64,000 bases of DNA from Candidatus Daviesbacteria bacterium (GTDB lineage: Bacteria > Patescibacteriota > Microgenomatia > Daviesbacterales > UBA10151): contig JAQUSJ010000002.1 of assembly GCA_028715175.1 (NCBI GenBank), positions 92,117 through 156,116 on the forward strand. Reading direction: 5' to 3'. Below are positions 1 through 15,000 of this stretch, one piece after another. Both the position numbers and the translations under genes were made by a program. Each line of letters starts with the position of its first letter. Position 1 is the first letter of the stretch. The notes beneath the pieces are model-generated. The model was not told where the DNA came from, did no database searches, and saw nothing but the letters and a program-made list of their open reading frames with translations.

Positions 1-1
1 T

Positions 2-223
<222 letters not shown>

Positions 224-252
224 ATTTCTTTATTCTATCGTATTATCTACCT

Positions 253-939
253 ATGCCAAATCTGCCTTTTGATCTTACAAATTTAGCGCTGATCGTTACT
301 CTAATTATTATCCTCTTACTATATCTTCGTGAATACAACAAGCGAAAGAGACTGGAATCCGAGGGAGATAAATTCCTGCAAAGCATTAAAGAAAAAGGCT
401 GGGAGAACTTACATCAATCTATCAAAAAATCACAGGAGATCCTGGGAGAAGCGGAATTGGAAGGAATTAAGGTTGTTGCAGGCAGTGAGGTCGAGTTGTC
501 CAAACTGGAGAATGAGTACTCAAAGAGGCTTTCTCAAAGTTTAGAAACATCCCAGCGCAATATCGATAAGGCGCAAGAGAAACTTATGCAGTTTATGACA
601 GACTTGCAAAAGTCAAGCGCACAGTTTGAAGAAGCAAGTAAACTCTCCGGCCAAGAACGTATCAATCAACTTTTTGACAGGGTTGAAAACAGATTATCTG
701 ATTTTCTGGTGCAAACAGCCCAAAAAACTTCCTCCTCTATTGAACTGGAACTTAAAAGCTCCAGACAGTTAATTGATACCTACAAAAACGAACAATTAAA
801 ATTGATTGATGAAAACATTATTGCCATGATGGAACAAACTTTAAGTTTGGTTTTGGGGAAAAAATTATCTTTAAGCGACCAGCTTGATCTTATTTATGAA
901 GCGCTGGAAAAAGCAAAGGTGGAAAAATTTATTGTTTAA
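253..939 (+). CDS. atpF: ATP synthase subunit b-like (single N-terminal TM helix plus long coiled coil)
   Basis: N-terminal hydrophobic segment LALIVTLIIILLLYL, remainder charged and helical; lies between the c-like and delta genes. Confidence 0.5.
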   Translation: MPNLPFDLTNLALIVTLIIILLLYLREYNKRKRLESEGDKFLQSIKEKGWENLHQSIKKSQEILGEAELEGIKVVAGSEVELSKLENEYSKRLSQSLETSQRNIDKAQEKLMQFMTDLQKSSAQFEEASKLSGQERINQLFDRVENRLSDFLVQTAQKTSSSIELELKSSRQLIDTYKNEQLKLIDENIIAMMEQTLSLVLGKKLSLSDQLDLIYEALEKAKVEKFIV

Positions 940-941
940 AT

Positions 942-1056
942 AGCTATCAGCTATCAGTCTTCAGTCGTCAGACAATTGCAATTTAAGTCTGAAAGCTGAC
1001 AGCTGAGAGCGAAACCGCGCCAAAGGCGGGCGAAGCGGTACTGACCGACTATTACT
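942..1056. repeat. Family-A heptad palindromic element, atpF|atpH junction
   Basis: tagctatcagctatcagtcttcagtcgtcagac-loop-gtctgaaagctgacagctgagagc, then gaagcggtactgaccgactattact directly before the ATG. Confidence 0.8.
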
Positions 1057-1545
1057 ATGGATCAAGAAATACTAAACATTATCCTAAAAGACACTTATTC
1101 CCTATCCCAGCTAAAGCACAGGCTGAGGATCTTAAAGTCTAACCTGCTAAAAACTTTTTTCGGAGGCGAGAACAATCAAACTTTAAGTTCCACTGCCCGG
1201 GATCTAAACTGGCTACAGTCACTGCCAGATAGCTTTTACCGAAAATTTAACAAGGATAATGTCTATCAGATTCTTACCGGCCTGGAAAAAGGAATTTCCG
1301 GGTTACCTGCTCTCACGATGTATCTTACATTTGAACCGGACGATGCAACTTTAAATCAAATCGGCTCTGTTGCAAGAAAAACATTTAATTCCCCCTTCTT
1401 AATTTTAGACATTAAACTTAATCCCAATTTAATTGCCGGAGCAGCCTTAGTTTGGAAAGGGGTATACAGAGATTATTCGCTTAGAGCAAAGGTCGAAAGC
1501 AGAAAACTTGAAATTATTGATGGATTTAAGAAGTTCCTTAGATGA
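1057..1545 (+). CDS. atpH: ATP synthase subunit delta (OSCP)-like
   Basis: 162 aa, immediately upstream of alpha with a 9-nt gap. Call rests on size and position; similarity is weak. Confidence 0.45.
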   Translation: MDQEILNIILKDTYSLSQLKHRLRILKSNLLKTFFGGENNQTLSSTARDLNWLQSLPDSFYRKFNKDNVYQILTGLEKGISGLPALTMYLTFEPDDATLNQIGSVARKTFNSPFLILDIKLNPNLIAGAALVWKGVYRDYSLRAKVESRKLEIIDGFKKFLR

Positions 1546-1554
1546 TTTTGAATT

Positions 1555-3009
1555 ATGAATAATCAACAAAATGAGGTTGGATATGTTGTATCTTCAAGGA
1601 ATTTTCTGGTTCAACTCGATGGATTGCCTTCGATCAAAATCAATGATATGGTGCAATCCGAAACTAATCTCCGGGGATGGGTTAACTCTGTTTCCGAAAC
1701 CCAAGTTGAGGTGTTAATGGTTGACGAAGGAACAATTAAACCCAGGCAGCAATTTAAACGTCTCCGTTCCCGCCTGGGAGTAATGGCAGGAGATTATTTA
1801 ATGGGGCGGGCAATAAACCCCTTGGGGGTACCGATTGATGGCAAAGGCTTGCTTTCTAAAACTCAAGTCAGTCCTATTATGGAGCTTGATGCTGAAGCTC
1901 CCGGAATCGAGTCCCGTGAATTCATCAAGACACAATTTCTAACAGGCATTACTTTAATTGATACCTTAATCCCTCTTGGCCGGGGACAGCGGGAACTTGT
2001 CTTAGGCGATGCCCATTCCGGCAAAACAGGATTTTTAACCGATATTATCATTAACCAGAAAAATACAGGCACCATTTGCATTTTGGCCCTGGTAGGAAAA
2101 CCGGCAGTGACGGTCAGAGATTTGATTGATACGCTGCGGCTCAATAAAGCTCTTGATTACACTGTTATAATCGCTACCTCCTCTTCTGAACCTGCGCCGC
2201 TGATTTTTTTGACCCCAAAAACTGCCTTTACGGTTGCGGAATACTTTCAAAAAAAGGGCAAAAACGTTCTCCTGGTCCTGGATGACTTGGGTTCTCATGC
2301 CAAGATTTACCGAGAGATTGCGCTCCTTGGGAACAAATCACCCGGGAGGGAATCTTATCCTGGAGACATCTTTTATCAGCATGCCCATCTTTTAGAACGA
2401 GCCGGTAATTTTACTCCAAAATATGGCGGAGGTTCTATAACCGCTCTCCCTGTGATAGAGCTGAACTTAACCGACTTCACGACCTTAATTCCTACAAACC
2501 TTATGTCAATGACAGACGGACATCTTCTTTTTAAGGCGGGTTTACGATCGCAAGGACAAATTCCGGCTGTGGACATTTCATTATCTGTTTCAAGAGTAGG
2601 CAGACAAACGCAAGACCATGTCAGCAACCTGCTTTCTACAAGAGTCAGACAGGTGCTATCTGCCGCAGCAGATTTGGAAACAATTTCAAGATTCAGCAGT
2701 GAACTACCGCTCGCAACACAGTTAATCCTCCGGCGGCGGGAGTTAATTATGGAAATCTTGAAGCAAGAACCGCTAACCGCAGTACCAAAACAAATCCAGT
2801 TAATACTCCTGGCGCTTCCTTTCACAACCTTTTTACAGGATAAAAACAGAGGATTTATCGAGAAATACAAACAAACTATCATTGAAGCTTTTTCAAAAAA
2901 TCCTGCTCTGCTGCCAATTACCAAAACCGTTGCTGCTCTTAAAACAGACGAGGAACTAATTAAACTGCTGGAAGGAGCAGGACCAATTCTGGCAAAACTT
3001 TGCCAGTAG
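1555..3009 (+). CDS. atpA: ATP synthase subunit alpha
   Basis: GRAINPLGVPIDGKG and P-loop GDAHSGKT (alpha-type, noncatalytic), with PVIELNLTDF-like segments; 484 aa. Confidence 0.85.
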   Translation: MNNQQNEVGYVVSSRNFLVQLDGLPSIKINDMVQSETNLRGWVNSVSETQVEVLMVDEGTIKPRQQFKRLRSRLGVMAGDYLMGRAINPLGVPIDGKGLLSKTQVSPIMELDAEAPGIESREFIKTQFLTGITLIDTLIPLGRGQRELVLGDAHSGKTGFLTDIIINQKNTGTICILALVGKPAVTVRDLIDTLRLNKALDYTVIIATSSSEPAPLIFLTPKTAFTVAEYFQKKGKNVLLVLDDLGSHAKIYREIALLGNKSPGRESYPGDIFYQHAHLLERAGNFTPKYGGGSITALPVIELNLTDFTTLIPTNLMSMTDGHLLFKAGLRSQGQIPAVDISLSVSRVGRQTQDHVSNLLSTRVRQVLSAAADLETISRFSSELPLATQLILRRRELIMEILKQEPLTAVPKQIQLILLALPFTTFLQDKNRGFIEKYKQTIIEAFSKNPALLPITKTVAALKTDEELIKLLEGAGPILAKLCQ

Positions 3010-3096
3010 CTATCAGTCATCAGTCTTCAGTCGTCAGATAAAAATAAAAAAGTCTGACAGCTGAAAGCTGATAGCGAAGCGGTACTGACGACTATT
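3007..3096. repeat. Family-A element, atpA|atpG junction; its TAG is the atpA stop codon
   Basis: tagctatcagtcatcagtcttcagtcgtcagat...gtctgacagctgaaagctgatagcgaagcggtactgacgactatt ATG. Confidence 0.8.
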
Positions 3097-3960
3097 ATGG
3101 CTATCAAACAAATTGACGAAAGTATAGAAGAAGGAGAATCCTTAAAAGCGATTGCCCAGGCCTATTCTGAAATTTCCAACCTTAAAATCAAAAGGATCAG
3201 GACTCAAGTAGAAAGAAATCGGGTATTTTTTGATGAAATCCTGCAAGTTTACGCTATAGTCCGGGCTTTTGCCCTCTATAAAAAAGTGGCCGTAGTTAAG
3301 CCTAAAAAAAGACTCTGTATACTGCTTACTTCAAATTATAGATTCTACGGCGCTATCAATTCTTCCTTAACCAACTATTTCACCGGCTCAACCAGAGAGC
3401 TTCAGGATGTAGATAAACTAATCATAGGCAAAGGCGGCATTAACTATTTCAGGAGTAGCAAACTGCTGCCGTCTTACCGGGAAATGCTTTTAAAAGACGA
3501 TATGCCAACAGGAGAAGAACTCACCAGTTTGGCTAATTTAAGCACCAATTACAACCAGGTGCTGGTATTTCATGCCAAAATGAAAAGTCTGCTCATCCAG
3601 GTGGCCACCTTCACCGATGTTACAGCCACATCTCTTTATACCAGGGAATTTTATATCAAAGCTTTTGATACCAGGAAAAAAGAAAATATGATGCGCTTTA
3701 TTTTTGAGCCGGAATTACCTAAGATATTGAATTTTTTTGAAACCCAGATCATCACCCTGCTTCTTGAACAAACCTTTCTGGAATCAGAGCTGTCAAGAAC
3801 TGCCTCGCGTTTTATTGCCATGGATTCTGCTGAAACCGAGGCTAATAAATTTATTAAAGAATACCAGAAAATGAAAGCGCTGGCTAAACGAAACCTGGAT
3901 AATAATGCAATTTTGGAAAACTTTGCCGCTATGACGGCTATAAGAAAGGAGGGTTACAAA

Positions 3961-3963
<3 letters not shown>
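3097..3963 (+). CDS. atpG: ATP synthase subunit gamma
   Basis: 288 aa; N-terminal and C-terminal helices similar to gamma (MDSAETEANKFI ~ MDNASKNASEMI); lies between alpha and beta. Confidence 0.6.
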
Positions 3964-5471
<1,508 letters not shown>

Positions 5472-5474
<3 letters not shown>

Positions 5475-5550
5475 CTTTCAGTCATCAGCCTTCAGCTTTC
5501 AGACTTTTCTGAATTGTCTGAAGACTGAGAGCTGATAGCTGACGACTACT
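5472..5550. repeat. Family-A element, atpD|atpC junction; its TAG is the atpD stop. About 95% identical to the 3961 copy
   Basis: tagctttcagtcatcagccttcagctttcagac-ttttctgaatt-gtctgaagactgagagctgatagctgacgactact ATG. Confidence 0.8.
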
Positions 5551-5820
5551 ATGCAAACCTTACATGTCCGGATCGTCTCTCCTCAACAACTAATCCTCAA
5601 TACTGAGGCTATCTCAGTCAGTTCTAAAAATACACAGGGCAACTTTGATATCCTGGCCCAGCATGCAAATTTTATTACCTTGGTTGAAAATTCCCCTATT
5701 GTGATCCGGCAAGCCGAGCAGAAACCTCTTGTTTTTAAATTTCCTCTGGCCATTATTATCACCAGGGAAAATAAAGTTGATATCTACACATACATTCAAC
5801 CCCGGGCAGACAAGCGGTAA
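5551..5820 (+). CDS. atpC: ATP synthase subunit epsilon (N-terminal beta-sandwich domain only)
   Basis: GNFDILAQHANFITL ~ GELGILPGHAPLLTAL; 89 aa; no C-terminal helical hairpin. Confidence 0.6.
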   Translation: MQTLHVRIVSPQQLILNTEAISVSSKNTQGNFDILAQHANFITLVENSPIVIRQAEQKPLVFKFPLAIIITRENKVDIYTYIQPRADKR

Positions 5821-5907
5821 ACCTGATCTATTGTGATATTCTTCATGATCTAGTTTGTTATCCTCGCCTTTTTTTTCTTAATATAGTAATTACTATAATA
5901 ATAACCC

Positions 5908-5990
5908 TTGACAAATCTATGTAAATCTATGTACGATGAATTAAGAATCTATGCAGCATAAGCAGATTTGCATAGATTTCAGGTTTAGAC
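5908..5990 (+). promoter_or_regulatory. Candidate promoter (TTGACA-17-TACGAT) with three direct AATCTATG repeats and a 10-bp inverted repeat AATCTATGCA...TGCATAGATT, upstream of the giant gene
   Basis: Read directly: ttgaca at 5908-5913. aatctatg occurs at ~5914, 5923 and 5945; its reverse complement lies at ~5970-5981. Confidence 0.4.
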
Positions 5991-6009
5991 GGAACCGTCA
6001 GGTATCAAA

Positions 6010-9000
6010 ATGAGCGATCCGTCTACAACTAAACCTTTATTAAAAATTGGCCAAGCGGCCAAACTCCTGGGCGTTTCCATTGACACTCTTCGCAGATGGG
6101 AAAAGGCAGGCAAAATTACTGCAATCAGAACTCCGGGTGGAACCAGACTTTATCATCTCTCCCAACTTAAAAAGGTAAATCCAGCTTCGGTGGAAGATTT
6201 TCAGGCCAAAAGTTTTACTACGGAAGAATTGCTAAAGAAAACAGAAATCCAGACTGTAGATGATAGACAATGGAAGATAGGAGTAGAAGATAGAAATTGG
6301 ACGATAGATGATCAATCTTCTACCATCCACCTTCAAAAATCAACCTTCAATCCTCTATCTTCTATCGTCAATAAACTCCTCGTTGGCTCTGTTTTCTTAT
6401 CCATAATCACTCTCCTTATTACTTCCTGGATTACGGCTTCGTACCTCACCAATCCAAACCAAACCCAACAATTTTTCAAAAATAACATAGCCTCAGGTTT
6501 ATTTTCACCATTTCATAAGCTTGCAGAAGTAGCAGTAGCAGAAATCTCACCAGCCCAGGCTAAAATACTGGGTTTCATTCCGCCTGATGAACCACCGCCT
6601 TTAATAATTAGCCAACAACCAAATAAATCCTCTGCGGTGCTGGCTGTGACCAGCCTTCTTCCGTTTTTAGAGGTAAATGCTGATACTCAAATCAATGGTT
6701 CACTTTTTGTGCGCGACTCAGTCAACGGACTCAACATGGAAGCTACTTCCTCTGCGTCAAGCATGGCTCTAACTTCAGGAGATACCACATTGACTGTAAC
6801 AAAAGATGCCTTACTAGATCAAGATGTATCAACTACTGCTGCTCCAACCTTTAACACTCTCAATCTCTCAGCCACCAAAGACCAACTGGTTTTCCAGTCC
6901 GGCGGGCCTACAGGCACTCTAACCTGGACTCCCACTGCTACAAGAACTATTACCCTACCTGATGTCACCACCACCCTGGTTGGAAAAGACACCACAGATA
7001 CTTTAACCAACAAATCCCTTTCCGGCAGTTCCAACACTTTGACCAATATACCCAATTCTGCCCTGACTAATAGCAAAGTTACAGTCACAGCCGGAACTAA
7101 CTTAACAGGCGGCGGAGATATCAGCTTAGGCTCCTCGGCAACTATAGCATTAAAAGATTCGCCGTCTATCACAGGCACTTTAACAGTGGGCGGAACAACT
7201 ACGTTGAGCGGGGCAACCACACTTTCATCAACGCTGGCAGTTACCGGCGCTGCCACGTTTTCATCTACCATCACAGCCGGAGGAGTTGTCAAACTGACAG
7301 ATGGCACAGCAGCTGCACCAGCTTTAACTTTTACCAGTGATACCGACACAGGACTATACCGGATTGGAACAAACAAAATAGGACTGATTACCGCAGGAAC
7401 TGCTACTTCCGGTATTACCATTGATGAAAATGGCAATGTGGGAATAGGCACTATTTCCCCTACATCTCAATTACAAACCACTGGTAATGTAGGTATTGGC
7501 GGATCAGCCAGCATTACCTCTCTTCTTTCTGCCAATGGATCAGCAGCAGTAACCGGATCATTTTGTTTGAATGGAGATTGTAAAAGCTCATGGACAGGAA
7601 TAGGCGGATACACTGCCTCAAACGGTATCACCCTATCCTCTACTGACTTCCAGTTAGGCGGAAATTTAACCCGGGCTACAGGAATTGATATAGCGGGACA
7701 AAACTTTGGCTTTTTGGGAGGAAATGTTGGCATTGGGACGACTAATCCAAACTATCAACTAGAGACTACCGGTAATGTTGGGATAGGGGGATCATTAACA
7801 GTTACTTCTACCGGAGTATTTGGGTCTATCCAGGATAATGGATCATTAGTAGTCTCCGGTACTTCCTACCTACAGGGGATCTTGGGATCAACCCTGACCA
7901 CTACCGGAAACATTGGTATAGGCGGATCAGCTTCCATTGCCTCCAACTTAAATGCCGGATCATTAACTGTCACCGGACTGTCTTCCCTGGCTAATGTTAA
8001 TACTTCAGCTATTAACGCTTCCTCCTTAACCACTACCGGAAATATTACCTCCCAAGGAACATTCCTGGCTGCTAATGGTACTGCCTCTGCTCCCGGCTAT
8101 TCTTTTACTAATCTAACCAATGCAGGTTTATGGACAAATGGAGACGGATTGCTTTTAACCACCGGAGGAACTAATACTTCAGGGATTACTGTAACTGGAG
8201 CAGGCAATGTGGGGATTGGGACAACCATACCGGGAGCCACACTAGAGGTTGCTGGCTCTCAAACCATCGGATCAGCATCTTCCATCTCTAGTATTTTAAG
8301 ACTCTTTGGAAGCATTGGTTATGGTGAGTTTCGTATAGGAAGTTCTGACATTTATAACTGGCGAATGATGAGGGAAAATGCAACTACTGGCAGATTAGAC
8401 TTCATTCCTAGCACAGGCTCTCTAGGATCAATCCCAACATTAACCCTTCTAACTGATGGCAATGTCGGGATTGGGACAACTTCGCCTAATTATAAACTGG
8501 ATGTGGTTGGACAAATCAATAGTTCTACCGGGCTCTGTATTGATGGAGATTGTAAAACCTCATGGTCAGGATCTGCAGGATATACTGCCTCAAATGGTAT
8601 CACACTTACAGGCGTAGATTTCCAGTTAGGAGGAAGCTTAACCAGGGCTACAGGAATAGATATAGCTTCCCAAAACTTTGGCTTTTTAGGTGGCAATGTG
8701 GGGATTGGTAAATCTAATCCTTCCTACGCTTTAGATGTTTTAGGTACAGGCTACTTCTCCGGATTCCTGGGGGTTGGATCATCCATGAATGTAGCAGGCA
8801 ATGTAGGGATAGGCGGAACAGCTGCCATTACTTCACTTACCCAAGCCAATGGCGGTTTAACTGTTACAGGCGCTTCCATCCTGCAGGCTTTAACTGCCAC
8901 CGACATTAATGCCGCCACCTTAACCGCCACCGGAAATATTACCTCTCAAGGAACATTCCTGGCTGCCAATGGTACTGCCTCTGCTCCCGGCTATTCTTTT

Positions 9001-12000
9001 ACTAATCTAACCAATGCAGGTTTATGGACAAATGGAGACGGATTGCTTTTAACCACCGGAGGAACTAATACTTCAGGGATTACTGTAACCGGAGCCGGTA
9101 ATATTGGGATAGGAACCACTTCGCCTGCGTATAAACTGGATGTGGTTGGACAAATTAATAGCAGTACAGGTCTCTGTATTAACGGAGATTGTAAAAGTTC
9201 ATGGACAGGATCTGCAGGGTACACCGCCTCAAACGGTATCACACTATCCTCCGTAGACTTCCAGTTAGGCGGTAAGTTAACCAGGGCTACGGGAATTGAT
9301 ATTGCTTCCCAAAACTTTGGCTTTTTGGGTGGCAATGTGGGGATTGGGACAACAAGTCCTCAGACAGCTTTATCACTAAGTTCCGGACAATCTGCAACTG
9401 GCATCTCTCTTTACAACACTGCTGATGAAACAACAAACTATGAGCGGTTAAGAGCGTATTGGAGTAGTAACTATGCTTGGATAGATACTACCAAGGGAGG
9501 TAGCGGAACTAGTCGAGGGTTGATTATTAGCGGGGCAGGTGGACTTTTTCTAAAATCATCAACAAGTGTCTATTTTGATGCTGGCACTTCCTTTATTGTA
9601 GCATCGACTGGAATAACACCTTCTGCTACCATCACCCGGGCTACTGGTTATGCCAGATTTGGTGATGCCACAGCTCCTACCGTATCCTTAGAAGCTGCTA
9701 ATGGTTTCATTGTAGCCGCTGGCAACGTCGGAATTGGAACAACGGGGCCAGGGGCGCCGTTAGCAATAAATGGTGTGGGTAAAGCTAGCACCGATGACCT
9801 GCTTCTGGTTGGTCAAGGGGGAAGTGGACAAATCAGAGTCAGACACATTGAGGGAAAGCAGTCTGACAGCGACAACTATGGAGACTTATACCTCAATTAT
9901 AACTCAACGGGAAATGTCCTCTTAGTACGTGGCGGTGGTAATGTTGGGATTGGGACAATTTCTCCTACTGGTAAATTAATAGTTTCAGGAGGCAATGTTG
10001 GCATTGGAGTATCTACACCTCTCACTGCTTTAGCAGTTAACGGAGGAGGAACTATTGGCTGGGGTTTAACAGGAGTAGCAGGACCAACTAATGGATTGGC
10101 TGTATCTGGAAATGTAGGGATAGGAACTTCCAGTCCCAGCACTTTTAACCTGGAGGTAGCTGGAAATATTGGGCCGGAAGCAGACAGCACCAGAGATATT
10201 GGCTCTCCCAGCCGCTACTATGCCAACATTTATGCCAAAAATTTGATCACCGGCACTTCCGGTAATGTTGGATATTGGACCAGAACAGGTACTACTCTCT
10301 CTCCGGTTACAGCCGGTGACAACGTTTCTTTAACCGGCTCATATTCCTCTACCCCGGCCACAGACACACCAGCCATAACTTTAACCGGCACCAATGTTGC
10401 AACTTCTAACCTGGCCTACTTTAATGCCAAAAATACTTCCGGCACGATTTTTAATATCGCTTACGGAGCAGCAACAACTCTAACAGGAGATTTAGTCGGC
10501 ACCAGTATTGATTTAAATGACGGCAAAGTTACTGACAGCACTCACTCAATCACGGGATTTTATACTAAACTGCCAACAATCACAGCTGATAATGCCACCG
10601 GTATTGTTTCCTTAAAAGGATTATCTGTATTCTTTGGCACCGGCTCCGGTATTAATGAAACAGGGGCCGGGGCGCTCACTTACACTGCAGCTGATTTGTC
10701 AATGCCGGCTTTAACCCAAACTGCCGGAACTTTAACTGCCAACGGAGTTCTAATCACAACGCCTTTATCTATTACTACCGGCGGAACAGCCAACGGAGTC
10801 AATATTTCTCCAACAGGCGTGGGGGCGGGAACTTTAAATGCAATTAATATCGGCACAATCTCTCCCCTGGGGGGCACAGAAAATGCCATAGCAGTTGGGA
10901 CAGGCTGGGATAATGTCTTAAAAGTTGGTTCAACCACAGTCATTAACGGATCAGGTGTTACCCAGGTGGCAGGAGGAGGAACCGGCATTGCCACCTATAA
11001 TGTAGGTGACTTGCTTTATGCTTCAGGCGCCACCACTTTCACCAATATAGGCATTGGCACATCAGGACAGGTCTTAACAACAACAGCCGGAGTACCGATC
11101 TGGGGCAATGTTAACGGCTCCTCTTGTACCAACTGTCTGGTTAATAACCCGACTTCCACTCAGAATATCTCTCCCACAGGACAAACTACTACCGGTTTAT
11201 CTGTCAGGCAAACCTCAACCGGCTCCCCCACCCAGGACATCTTTAATGTCACCTCTTCAGACGGGGTTACCAAATACTTCTATGTAGACAGCAGCGGCAA
11301 TGTCTCAACAGGCGGAGTTGCTTCTCAAACCCTCACTTTAACCCCTACCTCTGATACTACCGCTTTAACCCTGGTGGGAACAAATGTAGCAACTTCTAAG
11401 CTGGCCTACTTTAATGCCAAAAATTTACAGGGCACTATCTTTGATATCTCTTATGGAGCTTCTGCTACTTTAAGGGCCAATCAAACATTAACAGGCCAAA
11501 ACATTGACCTTTCCACCAATGTTTCGGTCGGCGCCGGCAGTACAAATCCCATCTCGGTAACTGGCTTTGCCTTAACCATGCCGGCTCCCACCAACACCAA
11601 TACCTCCGGCACCAATGCCTTAAAGGGGCTGGTTATCACAGCCGGATCCGGCATTAACCAAAACGGCGCAGGCGGCACAACCACTTTTTCCGGAGTTGAT
11701 GTGACTATTCCCCCTCTTACTCAAACCGCCGGCACTTTAACCGGTAACGGAGTTTTAATAACCACTCCTTCCTCCATTACCACCGGAGGCACAGCCAATG
11801 GCTTAAATATCTCACCCACCGGAGTAGGCGCAGGAACGCTGAATGGCATAAACATTGGCAATATCACTGCCGGATCAGGAACTGAAACAGCTATCAATGT
11901 GGGAACAGGCTGGGATTATGGCCTTTATTCTCAAACTACCAATCCTTCCTATTTTGCCGGTAATGTTGGGATTGGAACAACAACACCGGGAGCCACACTA

Positions 12001-15000
12001 GAGGTTGCTGGCTCTCAAACCATCGGATCAGCAGCTTCCACCTCTAGTATTTTAAGACTCTTTGGAAGCGTTGGTTATGGTGAGCTTCGTATAGGAAATT
12101 CTGACACTTATAACTGGCGAATGATGAGGGAAAATCAAACTACTGGCAGATTAGACTTTATTCCCAGCACAGGCTCTCTAGGATCAACCCCAACATTAAC
12201 TCTTCTAACTGGTGGTAATATCGGCATTGGCTTTACTTCTCCTAATGCCCTGCTTCATATTGGAGGGGCTGATCAAACTACTTCTGCTTATGGTATTAAG
12301 ATGGGATCTGATATTACACTTTACAGATCAGCTACAAATACACTCAAAACAGATAATAATTTTGTGGTTGGAGGATCATTAACTACAGCCGGACTGACTA
12401 ATACCAGCCAATTCCTGGCAGCTAATGGAACTGCAGCTCTTCCCTCTTACTCTTTTACTAATCTAACTAATGCCGGATTATGGACTAATGGAAACGGACT
12501 ACTGTTAACTACAAACGGATCCAATACCTCAGGTATAACTGTAACAGGAGCAGGACTGGTTGGCATTGGGACAACTGCTCCTGTCTATGCTCTTGATATT
12601 GTTGGTAACTCTAGCTTATGGCAATCAGTTTATGGCACTGATGATGGTTTGGTAGGTTACTGGGATTTTTCAGAAGGAACAGGCACCAAAGCTTATGACA
12701 AAAGTCCTTATGGAAATGACGGCACAATTACTGCCGGCGCTGGTGGCTGGACAACCGGCAAATACGGAAATGCCTATGATTTTGATGGTGCCTCTGACGG
12801 TTCAGGCACTTATATTGATGTAGGAAATAAAATTACGGCAAGTAATTTGTCCAGCCTAACCATTGAAGCATGGTTAAAAAGGGATGCTATATCTCCTGCA
12901 GCAGAAGATCATATAATTTCCAACTGGACTGGTACTTATCATTTTGGCACTACTTCCAACAAGTTTTCAATCTATCTATATAACACTACTCCCACCCAAG
13001 GTAGTGTAACAGGAACAACTACTGTTACCAATGGTGTTTGGTATCATGTTGTTACCACCTACGATGGTTCAAAAATCAGAATCTATGTTAACGGCGTAGA
13101 AGAAAATTCAACAGATTTCTCTGGTAGTCTGCGTTCAAGCTCAACTACCACAAAAATTGGCGCCGGCGGAAGTTATCCAGGAGCTTGGGCAAGTTATCTG
13201 TTCAATGGCAAAATTGACGAACCAAGGATTTACACTCGGGCCCTATCAGCTGATGAAGTCAAAGCTCACTATTTAAGAGGAAGTAGTAATACGGCTGTAA
13301 CCATGAATACCTCTACCACAGCAGGAACTGTTTATGGCTTAAGAGGAGTAGTCACAGATACAGGAATAGTTACTACTGGCACAGATACCGCTTATGGTTC
13401 AAGAATTGATGTCACCCGAACAGGAGCAACCGGAGGAACCCTCAATACTTATGGACAATATCTTAACTTAACAACTGACAATGCCGGAGGCGGTACTCAT
13501 AATGCTTATGGTTTGTATGTTGCTTTAGATGGCAATGCAGACAATAATTATGCAGCGGTATTTACCGGAGGCAATGTCGGTATTGGGACAACTTCACCTG
13601 GGGCAAAATTAGCAGTGATTGGCAATGTTGGTATTGGCACTTCTGCTGCCGGAGCAGCGCTGCAGGTTAATGGCGGAGGTTTGTTTGGTTGGGGCACTAC
13701 TTCCATAGCAGGACCTTCTAATGGTTTAGCTGTATTTGGAAATGTTGGTATAGGTACTACCTCCCCTACTAATCCTTTAACAGTTATAGGCAATGCCAAT
13801 ATCGCCGGCACTTTAACTACAGCCGGACTTACCAATACCGGCCAATTCCTGGCTGCTAATGGTACTGCAGCTCTTCCCTCTTATTCTTTCTCAAATCTAA
13901 CTAATGCAGGTTTATGGACTAATGGGAATGGATTACTCTTGACTACAGGAGGAACCAATACTTCAGGAATTACTGTTACAGGAGCCGGAAATGTTGGAAT
14001 CGGGACAACCAGCCCAATAGGACAGCTTGCTCTGGGAACATACCAGGGAGGCACGGGAAGCAGTATTGTGGCCGCTTATGGTAAGCAGTTGACTTTAACA
14101 GGCGCTTTTAATGCTGGTTATAACACCGGCTCTCAAATTAAATTAATGATTAATGACTACAGCAATGATGGAGGAGATGATATCTATCCTATCTATGCCG
14201 AAGATGAGAATAACGGAGTTGATTTTTACATCAGAAATCAGGCAGGCACCAGAACAGCTTATTTCGGTGGCAACGTCGGAATTGGGGCAACTACGCCTGA
14301 GGCAAAACTTCATGTAGTCGGAACGTTAAGAACAGATAGCACTATTACAGCATATGTTAACGGTATTGATAATGCACCTATAACAATGGACTATTATAAC
14401 GGCAGGTACAGGATTGAATCGTATAAGTTAGCCACATCAGGACAGATAATGAGTATTAATGAAACTCTCCACGCTGTAATGTGGGGCAATGTGGGGATTG
14501 GAACACAGTCTCCTGCCAGCAAGCTTCATCTGCTTGGTTCAGGAGCTACTACTGCTCCCACCTTCATGACTCAAAACTCTACCTCTACCAACTTTGGCCT
14601 GGCAGTTTTGGATAATGGCAATGTAGGTATTGGGACGACGAGTCCGACATCTACCTTTGAAGTGGCGGCTTCCAAAACCATTAACTTTAACTCCAGTCCG
14701 GTTAGCAATCTAGTTTTAGGCAGTAATATGAGTGCCGGTAATTATAACATCACAAGTGTTAACCAATTAACAATAAACTCAACTAACGGAATAAACCGAG
14801 ATGTAGATAATAGCTATTTAAATTTGATGGGTGGGACTAACTGGTCTAGCGGCGGCGGCGCAGCAGTGTTGATTGCCGGAAAAGACCTTGCGGGTCAAAC
14901 AGGAAATGTTCGTGTTTATACTCCTAATGCGGCTGGAAGTAGCGGGCTTGAACGCCTAAATATTGGTGGACTCGCTACTACTGCTAATTTCATCATTTCA

